From the NCBI GenBank assembly GCA_049969615.1, contig JBMFOM010000018.1, forward strand, positions 1 to 23,896: a stretch of 23,896 nt of DNA, given 5' to 3'. This document shows positions 1-9,043 of this stretch, piece after piece. The stretch's first letter is position 1. Each line of letters starts with the position of its first letter. Source of the DNA: a candidate division WOR-3 bacterium (GTDB lineage Bacteria > Hydrothermota > Hydrothermia > JBDRYB01). The translations under genes were made by a program, and so were the position numbers. The notes below the pieces were generated by a model, which made no database searches, was not told the DNA's origin, and saw only the letters and a program-made list of their open reading frames with translations.

Positions 1-160
1 ACACAGTGGCTTTCCTGCGGGTTCTGTCTCAAGCTCCCCGAGGTTAATGACGCTATTTATCCTTCTGGTCCTCTCCTACATACCCAGAGAATAAGGCAAG
101 TGGTCAATCAGGGGCCAGGTAGAGGCCAGCCGGGTGAAGGATCACGGACAGGCTCAGTAT

Positions 161-189
161 TTGATCCTGCACGGTAAGTGGGTTATAAT
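161..189 (+). promoter_or_regulatory. sigma70-type promoter, predicted leaderless transcript
   Basis: TTGATC (161-166), 17-nt spacer, TATAAT (184-189), then 6 nt to the ATG at 196. No SD upstream. Confidence 0.75.
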
Positions 190-195
190 TTACAT

Positions 196-3100
196 ATGAG
201 GAGAGTTCTGTTTTTTACTTTACCCATGGGCCTGGCCGTGGCAGGAGAGCTTGGCCCGGAGGGAATAAAGGCGATGCAAAGGGACATGAATATCCAGCGA
301 GAATTCGCCCCCATTAACTATTGCCTTAACCCCATTGATTACGGCTGGAAGGTGCAGGGCCTCAAGGCGAACTCGCCCCTCGTTGTGAGGGTTTTGGTTC
401 TAAGGGTAGAGTTCCAGAAGGAGGTCCCGGATGATCCGGAGACCACCGGAGACGGAAAGTTCATCATGGTTCCTCAGGGAACAGAGGGCGAGCTGGATTA
501 CGACCCACCGCACGACAAGATCTATTTTGAACGCATGATGGAGATGGCGCAGAAGTATTTCTCAGAGGAGACAATGGGCGGAGTCAGGGTTGAGTATGTG
601 GTGAAGCCGGATGATCGTGATTCCGCATATCAACTGCCTCACCGGATGCGTTATTATGGCGATTGGGATTTCTGGGCACAAGGTATAGTTCTCCTCATAA
701 AAGACGCTATTGATATAGCAGACCTCGATCCCACGGTTGACTTCAATGACTTGGACGGGAACGGAACACCTGACTATATGGAGGGTGTCCTTCCTGTTGT
801 GATGCTTTTTCACGCTGGTTCGCCATACCAGACCGATGTCGCCTATAATACACCCCTGGATATTCCGGCTCTAACCGCTTTTGCCGGGGCATTCTACTAT
901 TATTTTGGGTCTCCATACCTCCTGGCCAACAATGGAACGGATACAATATGGGCCTGCACCGTCATGCCTGAGGAGATGACCCAGGATGGCTGGCGAATAA
1001 GGCTTCAGGCGACCCTCGTCCACGAGATGACCCACCTGATATGGCAGATACCGGACCTATATGACATCTCCTATCAGGGAATAGGGGTTGGCGGTTGGGA
1101 CATTCAGGGTTCCGCACCATATCTTGAAGACAGGGATAGGGGAATTCCTCCGGGTCTTTATCCGGTCCTACATTCTGGCTGGAGCAGGCTTGATTGGATG
1201 AACTGGTATTTCAAAAATTATGTTTTTGGAGTTGGTTTCATCGGGGACAGCATCTGGTATGAGATTACCCCGAAACAGACAGACACGACCATGAGGGTTT
1301 ATCCGGCCTGTGCCCTGACGGGTTCGCTGGACTCGGTGGGCCACGAAGGCACGCCCAGGTTCGTGAAGCTAAGGTTGAATGACGCGGAATACTATATGGT
1401 TGAGAACCGCCTGCGCGATCTGAACGGCGACGGGACGGTTTTGCCTGTCTGGAAGGACGGCGTTGTCATAGGGCCCATGTATGGGGAGTGGGATTTTCTT
1501 TTGCCAGGCGAAGGACTCATGGTCTGGCATGTTGACCAGGCCATAATAGAATCAACGGATTATTACATGATGAACGCGGTTAGGCCCATGGGCCTTGACC
1601 TTGAGGAGGCCGATCATGTCCAGGATCTGGAATACTGGGGAACCTATCCCTATGACTGGTTTGGCTCCCCTCACGATCCCTATTATCAGGGCAACAACAC
1701 TGAATTGGGCCCCTATACAGTTCCGGACACCAGGGCGAACAGGGGCGGCCACACCGGGGTATTCATTCACGGGGTCTCGGTTCCAGGGAGACCAATGACA
1801 TTTTCAGTCAGGAACGACCTAGTCGCTTGGAGGAGAACAGCCGGCGAGCCGGAGGAGAGAATGCCAATGACCCTCATTGCCGATCTGGACGGGGATGGCA
1901 GAAAAGAGCTCATTGTTGCCCGGACCGGAAGGGTGGACACAATGGGCAGATGGGCGAAATTCACCGCGAACATATATGCCTTCAGGGGGGATGGTACCCC
2001 ATATTTCAATAATCCCAATGGCTTCTTCGTCTCGGTAAAGGATTCTCTTGATACCCTTTATTACTACCAGGATGACAAGCTCATCCAGTCGGTCCCGGCA
2101 GTAGGAAACCTTGATGATGACGGGATTGCCGAGGTGATCTTTGGTACGGCTTCGGGCAGGCTCTATGCCTTCTCAGCTAAAGACAACAACGTCTCTGGAC
2201 GCGTGGATTCCTTCCCCGGATTCCCGATAAAACTAGGAACCCAGATGAGAACAAGCCCATCGTTAGGAGACATTGATGGCGACGGCAGGGACGAGATTCT
2301 CTTTGGTCACGATGGCGGGTGGTTCGCTTGCCTCCAACCAGGCGCCGCGCCAGGCTCCATAGACACCCTGTTCTGGCTCATGCCCGGGGGGGTTGTCAGG
2401 ACAGCCCCTGGCCTTCTCGGGGACACTACGGTCCTGGTATCCGGGGATAATGTGATTCACCTTCTGGATTCCGCGGGCAGAGAACTTCCCGGCTTCCCAA
2501 CCGGAGACCCTTCCCCCTTTCCGAATTACGGCTGGCCTGCAATTGGGGATGTTGACGGAGATGGCGAGACCGAAATCGTGTATTTCTCAAATCAGGGCAA
2601 TGGGGTAGGCTACATAACCTGTGTGGACACGAGGGGCAGGAAAAGGTGGGAGCGCAAGGCGGACAAACCAGTGATGACCCCCATTGCCCTTGGAGACATG
2701 GATCAGGACGGAAGGCTTGAGTCTGCCTGGGTTTCCGGCGGAAAGCTTTGGTGCGTGAACGCGGAGGGTGCGCTTGTTTCCGGTTATCCCATTGAATTGC
2801 CAGTGGTTGAGCGGGATTCCATGAGGGGTTATTCCGCTCCTATTTTTGGCGAGGGCAAATTGCTCATTGCCATATCCCGGCGGGGTGTGTTCGCCTATGA
2901 CCATTTGGGCAAGTTGGTTCCTGGTTTCCCCCTTGAACTTGAGGGCAACGCGCCCCAAGCTCCTGCCGTGGCAGATATAACTGGAGACAGGAGACTGGAG
3001 CTTATAATCTCCGATTCAATTGGCAACTTGGTCGCGTGGCGCTTGCAGGATACCATGGCCATATGGCCCCAACTGGGCCACGATGAATGCCACTCTTCCT

Positions 3101-3417
3101 ATTTACGGCAAAACCCCTATAGTTCAACCGCCTCCGGACGCAAGGCCCTTGATCGCGTTTATTTCTATCCCAACCCAGCTTATGGGAAGACATGGCTCCG
3201 TTTCTTTGTCCCTGAGGCCGGAGAGCTTCTCTGTGAAATATTTACCTTCTCTGGCGAGCGCGTCTGGTTCCAAAGGTGGCAGGTCCAGGGAGGCGTTATG
3301 GAGGAGAGGGAGATTGACATATCGGGCCTGGGGCCGGATGTCTACATGGCAAGGGTAGTTTTCGGAAAGGAGACCAGGATAGTAAAATTCGCGGTAAAAA
3401 GAAAGCCCCTACCCTGA
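196..3417 (+). CDS. Secreted M6-family (immune inhibitor A-like) zinc metalloprotease with FG-GAP/VCBS repeats and a C-terminal T9SS-sorting/FlgD-Ig-like domain
   Basis: HEMTH...IPDLY zinc motif and EYYMVENR, GLMVWHVD and LEEAD motifs typical of M6. Repeated DLDGDG/DIDGDG/DVDGDG motifs. C-terminal FYPNP...IFTFSGERV...GPDVY. Signal-like N-terminus MRRVLFFTLPMGLAVA. Start moved from 178 to the ATG at 196. Confidence 0.85.
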   Translation: MRRVLFFTLPMGLAVAGELGPEGIKAMQRDMNIQREFAPINYCLNPIDYGWKVQGLKANSPLVVRVLVLRVEFQKEVPDDPETTGDGKFIMVPQGTEGELDYDPPHDKIYFERMMEMAQKYFSEETMGGVRVEYVVKPDDRDSAYQLPHRMRYYGDWDFWAQGIVLLIKDAIDIADLDPTVDFNDLDGNGTPDYMEGVLPVVMLFHAGSPYQTDVAYNTPLDIPALTAFAGAFYYYFGSPYLLANNGTDTIWACTVMPEEMTQDGWRIRLQATLVHEMTHLIWQIPDLYDISYQGIGVGGWDIQGSAPYLEDRDRGIPPGLYPVLHSGWSRLDWMNWYFKNYVFGVGFIGDSIWYEITPKQTDTTMRVYPACALTGSLDSVGHEGTPRFVKLRLNDAEYYMVENRLRDLNGDGTVLPVWKDGVVIGPMYGEWDFLLPGEGLMVWHVDQAIIESTDYYMMNAVRPMGLDLEEADHVQDLEYWGTYPYDWFGSPHDPYYQGNNTELGPYTVPDTRANRGGHTGVFIHGVSVPGRPMTFSVRNDLVAWRRTAGEPEERMPMTLIADLDGDGRKELIVARTGRVDTMGRWAKFTANIYAFRGDGTPYFNNPNGFFVSVKDSLDTLYYYQDDKLIQSVPAVGNLDDDGIAEVIFGTASGRLYAFSAKDNNVSGRVDSFPGFPIKLGTQMRTSPSLGDIDGDGRDEILFGHDGGWFACLQPGAAPGSIDTLFWLMPGGVVRTAPGLLGDTTVLVSGDNVIHLLDSAGRELPGFPTGDPSPFPNYGWPAIGDVDGDGETEIVYFSNQGNGVGYITCVDTRGRKRWERKADKPVMTPIALGDMDQDGRLESAWVSGGKLWCVNAEGALVSGYPIELPVVERDSMRGYSAPIFGEGKLLIAISRRGVFAYDHLGKLVPGFPLELEGNAPQAPAVADITGDRRLELIISDSIGNLVAWRLQDTMAIWPQLGHDECHSSYLRQNPYSSTASGRKALDRVYFYPNPAYGKTWLRFFVPEAGELLCEIFTFSGERVWFQRWQVQGGVMEEREIDISGLGPDVYMARVVFGKETRIVKFAVKRKPLP

Positions 3418-3473
3418 GGCCCGGCCTCGCTCACGGAAACGCGATTCGGAGTGATAGGGTTATCCACTGACAG

Positions 3474-3503
3474 TTGAAACCGCCTGTTTTCAACTGTTAT
3501 AAT
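3474..3503 (+). promoter_or_regulatory. sigma70-type promoter with extended -10, predicted leaderless transcript
   Basis: TTGAAA (3474-3479), 18-nt spacer, TG-t-TATAAT (TATAAT 3498-3503), then 6 nt to the ATG at 3510. Confidence 0.75.
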
Positions 3504-3509
3504 TATCTG

Positions 3510-5528
3510 ATGAACCAGAAATTGATTCTTTTTGTGCTCGGGGCACTGCCCAATGTAGCGTGCGCCTTGAAAGGAGGAGAAAAGAAAATGCTCAGAGAGG
3601 CCCTCGAAAAAAAGGACATGAGTCATATTTTGGAAACCGGCAGGGATACCGCGCTTCTTTCGGAAAACGGCTTCCTTATAAAACCCATAGGAGACTGGAA
3701 CATATACGACATATACAACAGGATAGCCGATGAGGAGATTCTCTACACCGATGGCCCCATATTCATCGCGGCTGATCTTTATCTGCACTCCTTGCACAGA
3801 CTCCTTGATTATACCGTGAGGCTCGCCGAGGTGGATTACCTTATGCCTAGGCTTGAGAAGCTTTCAAACCGGTTCCTTGATCTCTCCCTGAAGGAATATA
3901 AGAATGCCAAAGGAGATTGGAAAAAGGCCTGGATGCTGAATGTGGTTTATTTTGGGGTTGCGGTCGCGCTCTCTGGAAAGGAATTGCCCCCGTTGCCAAA
4001 GGAGATTCAGGAGCTGGTTGATGCTGAGCTTGAACTGATAAAGGCCGCGCAGGGCTTCTCGGAATCCCCGACATTCGGAACCGAGGCTGATTATTCGCAG
4101 TTTATCCCCCGCGGCCATTACACCGTGGCCAAGGATCTGACCCGGTATTTTCTCGCTATGATGTGGTTAGGTAGGACCGGATTCTCTCTCAGACCGTATG
4201 ATCCCATACATGCAAGGGCCGCCCTATCTCAGGCATGGCTCCTGAGCAAAGATTCCGAATTGCTTACTGCATGGACAGAAATGGAGAGGGTTATAGCCTT
4301 GTTTTCTGGTCAATCAGACGACCTGAACCCGGCCGAGATTTCTGGCCTTCTTGGCGGGAGGGACCCAGCGAAACTGAGCGAGGTGGAAATTAGGATGATC
4401 GCTGACTCAGCGGCAAAGATAAAGCCTCCAAAGATACTCTCCGGTGTGGCATATTCGTTTCCGGATGAACCAATGGAGATACCCATGACATACAGGATTT
4501 TCGGTCAGCGTTCTGTTCCCGACTCATACATACTGCAGGAGCTCATATATGACAGGGTCAATTCCTATACTGGCAGGAGAGAGCCTTTTACTCTGGGAGA
4601 AACCCTGCTTGGGCCACAGAGGTGTTTCGCGAGGGGCCTTGATGTGATGGCCGCCATTGGTAATGAGATGGCTTTGGATATAATAAAGTCCGAGGGGGAC
4701 GCTGACTACGGAGACTATAGCGAACAGATGGCAAAAGTAAGGAAGTGGTGGGAAAAAGAGCCAAAAGAGGGAAACAATTATCTCCTCTGGCTCACGATGG
4801 TCTCGGAATACATGATGGAGGCCAGGCCACCCTCAACCGTGAAACCGAAGGCATGGGAGATCAAAACCCTCCTGACATCCCTCGGCAGTTGGGCCCAGCT
4901 CAGACACGATTACATACTCTATGCGAAGCAGACATACGGGCCAAAGGCAGGGGCGGAACCATTTGATGCTGGAGGACCGCCCCCAAAGAGGGAGAAGCTT
5001 AAGCTGGCCTACATTGAGGATGCTGGCGGGCTTTTTGCCGCCGGCGCGAAATTTGCCAGGGAGCTTGCTAGGGCAATGCCGGACATGCATCAGGTAAAGG
5101 AGAAGTGCGGGGAATTCGCCGCATTGTCAGATTCCCTGTCAATGGTGGCCGAAAAGCAGAAGAATGGCCTCAGTAAGGATGATCACCTTTGGCTCTGGGG
5201 CGTGCCGAGTGAGCTCAGGTGGGCATCCCAATATGATTGGCAGACGATGGACAGGATAAGCGACTATGACGAGGGTTTTCCCTTGATAGCAGATGTTCTC
5301 ACTGATCCGAACTCTGGCAGGTGCGTTGAGGTGGGTGTTGGAGAACCCCTGTGGATAGGTGTCCTGGTCCTCATAGACGGAAAGCCATACATAGCTGAGG
5401 GCGCGTGCTTCAGTTATTACGAGTTCAAACAGCCCATATCCGAGAGGCTTTCGGATGAGGACTGGCGCTATTGGGATGGGGAGAGGCCGGGGCGCCAGAA
5501 ATGGCTTGAGGGGATAGGGGGCTACTAG
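3510..5528 (+). CDS. DUF3160 domain-containing exported protein
   Basis: Family-typical motifs DYSQFIPRGHYT, YFLAMMWLGR, LGSWAQLRHDYILYAKQ and FSYYEF...RLSDEDW. Hydrophobic N-terminus from ATG 3510. Confidence 0.8.
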   Translation: MNQKLILFVLGALPNVACALKGGEKKMLREALEKKDMSHILETGRDTALLSENGFLIKPIGDWNIYDIYNRIADEEILYTDGPIFIAADLYLHSLHRLLDYTVRLAEVDYLMPRLEKLSNRFLDLSLKEYKNAKGDWKKAWMLNVVYFGVAVALSGKELPPLPKEIQELVDAELELIKAAQGFSESPTFGTEADYSQFIPRGHYTVAKDLTRYFLAMMWLGRTGFSLRPYDPIHARAALSQAWLLSKDSELLTAWTEMERVIALFSGQSDDLNPAEISGLLGGRDPAKLSEVEIRMIADSAAKIKPPKILSGVAYSFPDEPMEIPMTYRIFGQRSVPDSYILQELIYDRVNSYTGRREPFTLGETLLGPQRCFARGLDVMAAIGNEMALDIIKSEGDADYGDYSEQMAKVRKWWEKEPKEGNNYLLWLTMVSEYMMEARPPSTVKPKAWEIKTLLTSLGSWAQLRHDYILYAKQTYGPKAGAEPFDAGGPPPKREKLKLAYIEDAGGLFAAGAKFARELARAMPDMHQVKEKCGEFAALSDSLSMVAEKQKNGLSKDDHLWLWGVPSELRWASQYDWQTMDRISDYDEGFPLIADVLTDPNSGRCVEVGVGEPLWIGVLVLIDGKPYIAEGACFSYYEFKQPISERLSDEDWRYWDGERPGRQKWLEGIGGY

Positions 5529-8320
5529 TAAAGCGGCCTCAGGGATATAATCGGCTCTCCCGATAGGAATTCCCTTATGATGGAAAGGGCCGGTAATTCC
5601 AAAGCCTCCTCTAAGGCCTTGTCAATCCTCTTTCTGGTGGGATCCTGAGCAATCTGAGGGAAGGGCAATAACGGTTCCCGGGAAAGCTCTTCATAAGCGT
5701 CCAAAAGAATCTCTTTCTGCCTGGGCGAGAGACCGTTAGGGTTCAGGACGGGCATGGACTTGAGGGTGGCTTTCTTAAAACATACCCATGGCCCCTGTGT
5801 CTCCAAGCGGTGTCCCACATAGAGCAAAATGCCCGGTGTAGAATTAAGCCACAAGGAAATTATCTTTGCATCATCAGGATTCTTGAACTTGACCGGCCAC
5901 CAGACATTTGAAATTACTTCCCTGCCCAGAAAAATGGCCGTGAGACGCTGAGTATTGAGCCAGAGTCTCTCGGCCGTAAGGAGCCAAGCCCCCCTGAACC
6001 AGATGTGATCCTTTTTACGGGGCTTGAGGCTCAAATGCTTGTTAGGAGACTAAAGGATTGAGAAAACTTCTTGGGCATTATGTCCTCAAAACGCTGGATA
6101 TAAAGTTTGTGTATCCACAGCTTTGAATGTCCCCTCAACCTGGCTCCTGTCCGGCCCTATCTCCCCCAGCTTCTTAAGGGGAATCATGGGCATATTAACT
6201 GGCCTTCGGCCGGGTATCCCAAGTCTTCCGTCAATTAATCCGAGAAACAGCCTCGTGAGGAATGTCCTTGCAAATGGGCAGTAGAAGAGCCAGCTATCCG
6301 CTTTCCTGACCTTTTTCCACGGGACCTCATAAGCGGTTCCGATTATTTTCTGTCCGAGCTTTATGTGCGCGTCTCCTTTGTCCACGAGAAGGTCTTCAAG
6401 ATCGTTCTCTTCCAAGGTTCTCGCTATGGCCAACGCGTCAAAAACATTATCCGGGTTCTTCCAGAGGTTGACAAAAACGGTTCTCGCGTCTGGTTTGTAG
6501 CCTCTCGTAGCAATGACTAGAACCTCACTAAGATCGGTATTCTCGGAAAAATTCCAGCGTGCGGGATCACAGCTCTGGACAACATAATTTAGGGTGTAGT
6601 TTCTGGAAATGAGTTTCCTTGTCTCACCCCACGCAACACTGGAAAGAAGCGCTTTTGGTAAAATTAGGGCCAACCGTGAGCCGGGGTTCATGTATCTGTG
6701 CGCAACCCTCACAAACACTGACCCCAACCCTGCTTGAATGTTCGCGTGTTTGTGTTGATCTATAATCTTCTTCAGGAGGTTCTGAAGCTTCACTCTCTCT
6801 TCAGCCGGAAGCCAACTGAAAAGCAGGTTCCCTCCAACCGACCGCGTAAAGGGAGGGTTCATAACGCATAGATCAAGATCAGGCAGGGAAACCCTGACCG
6901 CCTCCTCACCGTGGGCGTGAACCTGGTTGGCCTGAACCAGAGCACCAAAAAGATCCTTCGGATAAACAAATGAGCCCTTAAGAAAATCAACCGAACCAAG
7001 ACAATCTCCCCCCAGAGGCAAACAGAACAGGTTCATGTTCTTTACAGGAGTTTCGGGGGCCCTCAGGGCCAGAGTGGACGCGGTCAGGTGAACCGCGGAT
7101 GGAAGAATATCAAAACCCCAGAGGGTTTTCTCCATGAGAACCTTCTGGAGCTTATCTACCTGTGGCTGAACCTCAGCTTCAACCGAGGCCCTTATGTGGT
7201 TATCGGTTATCGCGTCGGCCGCGGCCATGAGAAGGGTTCCAGTGCCACAGGCCAGATCAGCTATCCTGAGATTGCCAACCTCATCCAGGCTTAACCAGTT
7301 AATTGGATACCCTTTCCTTGAAAGGGCCAGTTTCAGCAAAAGCGTAGCCGCGGGGATGCTGGTGTAGAAGGTTCCCATGTATTTCGCATTGGCCAACAAT
7401 CTGTGATATATCCTTCCTGCGAGGTCATGCCTCAGGGCGGCACGGTTCCCAACTACTTTAAGAGCCGCGTTCATGAGGGCCCTTGTCCCCTTGTGTAACC
7501 CAGCATCAGAAGTCATATCAAGAATCAGCTCTCTGGCCAAGTGGAATATGGGATAATAGTTGATGTTTTCCAGTATATGTTTCCAGGAATCGTTGAACAT
7601 TCCGCTCAGCTGGAAAGGGGTTTCGGCCTCCATTCGCTTGAGCGAGGGTATCTCAGGATAGTGGGAGGCAATCACCTCGTGGAAGATCATCGCGTTAAGG
7701 AGGGATAAGGCTCCAACATAGGCCACGGTGGACTTGTAGTCCTCTTCGTCCTTTTTCTTTTTTGACTCAGGTGGAGATATGCCCAGGGCTATGGCGAATC
7801 TACCTATTACCCCTGGCTTTGGAAGAACCTCGCGCGTGAGAACCTCAAGTCCGGCCTCCATTATTGTAACAGCCTCCTTGACTACATCTTCCTGGGCCAA
7901 TTCTTCTACAGTCCGCCGAAGGGCCTCGGCCAGGGCCCGGGGATTGCCCTTGAAGATTTCGGTTTCCTTTGATTCGGTGAAGATTCTGAACAACAGTGTC
8001 TCTTCCCGTATTTTCTCTTTAAGCCCTTCCCATGAGGTCATCTCCACCAGGAATTCTGGATATACGACCCCAAGAGCTATGTGGGCAAGCCCTCCCTCAA
8101 TCCGACTCTTGGCCGAATTCGCGGCCTTCTTCACGGCCGCAGTCTCCTGGGTCCCCACCTCGCCCTCTATCATGAGTCTCAGTCCTTGAATCTCAACGAG
8201 GACATCAGGCATTTTATTTTGGCCAGCGTTCTTTATTATCCCCTCAGGAACAGCAACAAGGCCCATCTCGTCAAGAATTTCAGCAAGGGCTACATTTAAA
8301 ACCTCTTGGCGGAAACGCAT
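5525..8320 (-). pseudogene. Type IIG-like restriction-modification fusion (nuclease-like N-terminus, N6-adenine MTase, TRD) interrupted by two in-frame stops
   Basis: N-terminal PDVLVE...IEGE, MTase motifs GTFYT, IADLACGTG (motif I) and MNPPF (motif IV), plus NFSENT. ORFs 8320-6086 and 6034-5525 are in the same frame, separated by TGA (6088-6086) and TAG (6052-6050). Read through, the frame is 931 codons plus the stop. Confidence 0.75.
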
Positions 8321-8327
8321 GGGTAAA

Positions 8328-8867
8328 TTATGCGGCAGGTAGAAAATCCCTCGCAAGCCACCACAGCAATCCCAGGATGGTTTTGGCGTCCCGGAATCTG
8401 TGGCTCCGGAGTCCGGTGAGGACCTCTTCCCTTGTCAATAAAACATTTGAGAGTATCTCGTCCGGGTCAGGCTCTTTTTCGCCGGGAACTAGGCCCGTGG
8501 CGACAAACCCGGTCATCAGCTCCGTAGAATAACCCGGAGCAAGAAAGAATTCGCCGAATCTCACGAGTTCCTTTGCCCGGAACCCCGTCTCTTCAACAAG
8601 CTCCCGGGCCGCTGCCTGTTCGGGATCCTCGTTCTCCTCAACCTTTCCGGCCGGCAGTTCAAGGAGAAAATCCCTTGTTGGGTGGCGATACTGGTTCACG
8701 AGGACAACCCTGTCTTCATCAGTGACCGGAACCATAACCACGGAACGCCCAAATACCACATACTCCCTGTCAGCCTCTCTGCCGTCGGGAACGGCTATCC
8801 TATCAAGCTTGAGGGTAAGCAAGCCTCCCCTGAACACGGTGGTGCTATTCCTGACTTCAATTATCAT
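8328..8867 (-). CDS. nudF: Nudix hydrolase, ADP-ribose pyrophosphatase (NudF-like)
   Basis: Nudix box LELPAGKVEENEDPEQAAARELVEETG, QYRHP, PGYSTE, D.DE and DAKT motifs. Start at ATG 8867, 6 nt after TATAAT (8879-8874). Confidence 0.85.
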   Translation of the reverse strand: MIIEVRNSTTVFRGGLLTLKLDRIAVPDGREADREYVVFGRSVVMVPVTDEDRVVLVNQYRHPTRDFLLELPAGKVEENEDPEQAAARELVEETGFRAKELVRFGEFFLAPGYSTELMTGFVATGLVPGEKEPDPDEILSNVLLTREEVLTGLRSHRFRDAKTILGLLWWLARDFLPAA

Positions 8868-9007
8868 GCATAAATTATAGGCCAAGGGCTTTCCGATACG
8901 CCATGACAAAGCAGACTCATTTGGGTTTACGACCGGATTTTACCAAAGGTTGTAACCCGGGTTCGGCAGGACCGCGGATCCATTCGGTCCCCCACATACC
9001 CAAATAC

Positions 9008-9036
9008 ATGATCCTGCACAGGAAATAGGTTATAAT
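9008..9036 (+). promoter_or_regulatory. sigma70-type promoter, near-identical to the one at 161-189
   Basis: ATGATC, 17-nt spacer, TATAAT (9031-9036), then 7 nt to TTG 9044. Matches 161-191 at 26 of 31 nt. Confidence 0.7.
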
Positions 9037-9043
9037 TTGGCCC

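Noticed and set aside
178-195. Upstream GTG/TTG starts in the ORF track (178, 3474, 8356, 8909, 13147, 13162, 23766)
   Set aside because: These extensions run through the -10 boxes. The downstream ATGs give proper signal peptides or family-typical N-termini.
1860-3000. Repeated GAC/GAT-GGC-rich motifs as a DNA repeat array or CRISPR
   Set aside because: They encode FG-GAP DxDGDG protein repeats. There are no identical DNA repeats with unique spacers.
3460-3468. DnaA-box-like TTATCCACT
   Set aside because: A single 8/9 match with no box cluster, unwinding element or dnaA nearby, so not evidence for oriC.
6050-6088. Stop-codon reassignment, or Sec/Pyl readthrough, in the RM gene
   Set aside because: Two different stops are involved, and TGA, TAG and TAA all terminate well-conserved genes in this window (radA TGA, sucC TAG, nudF TAA). 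Nonsense mutation is the simpler explanation.
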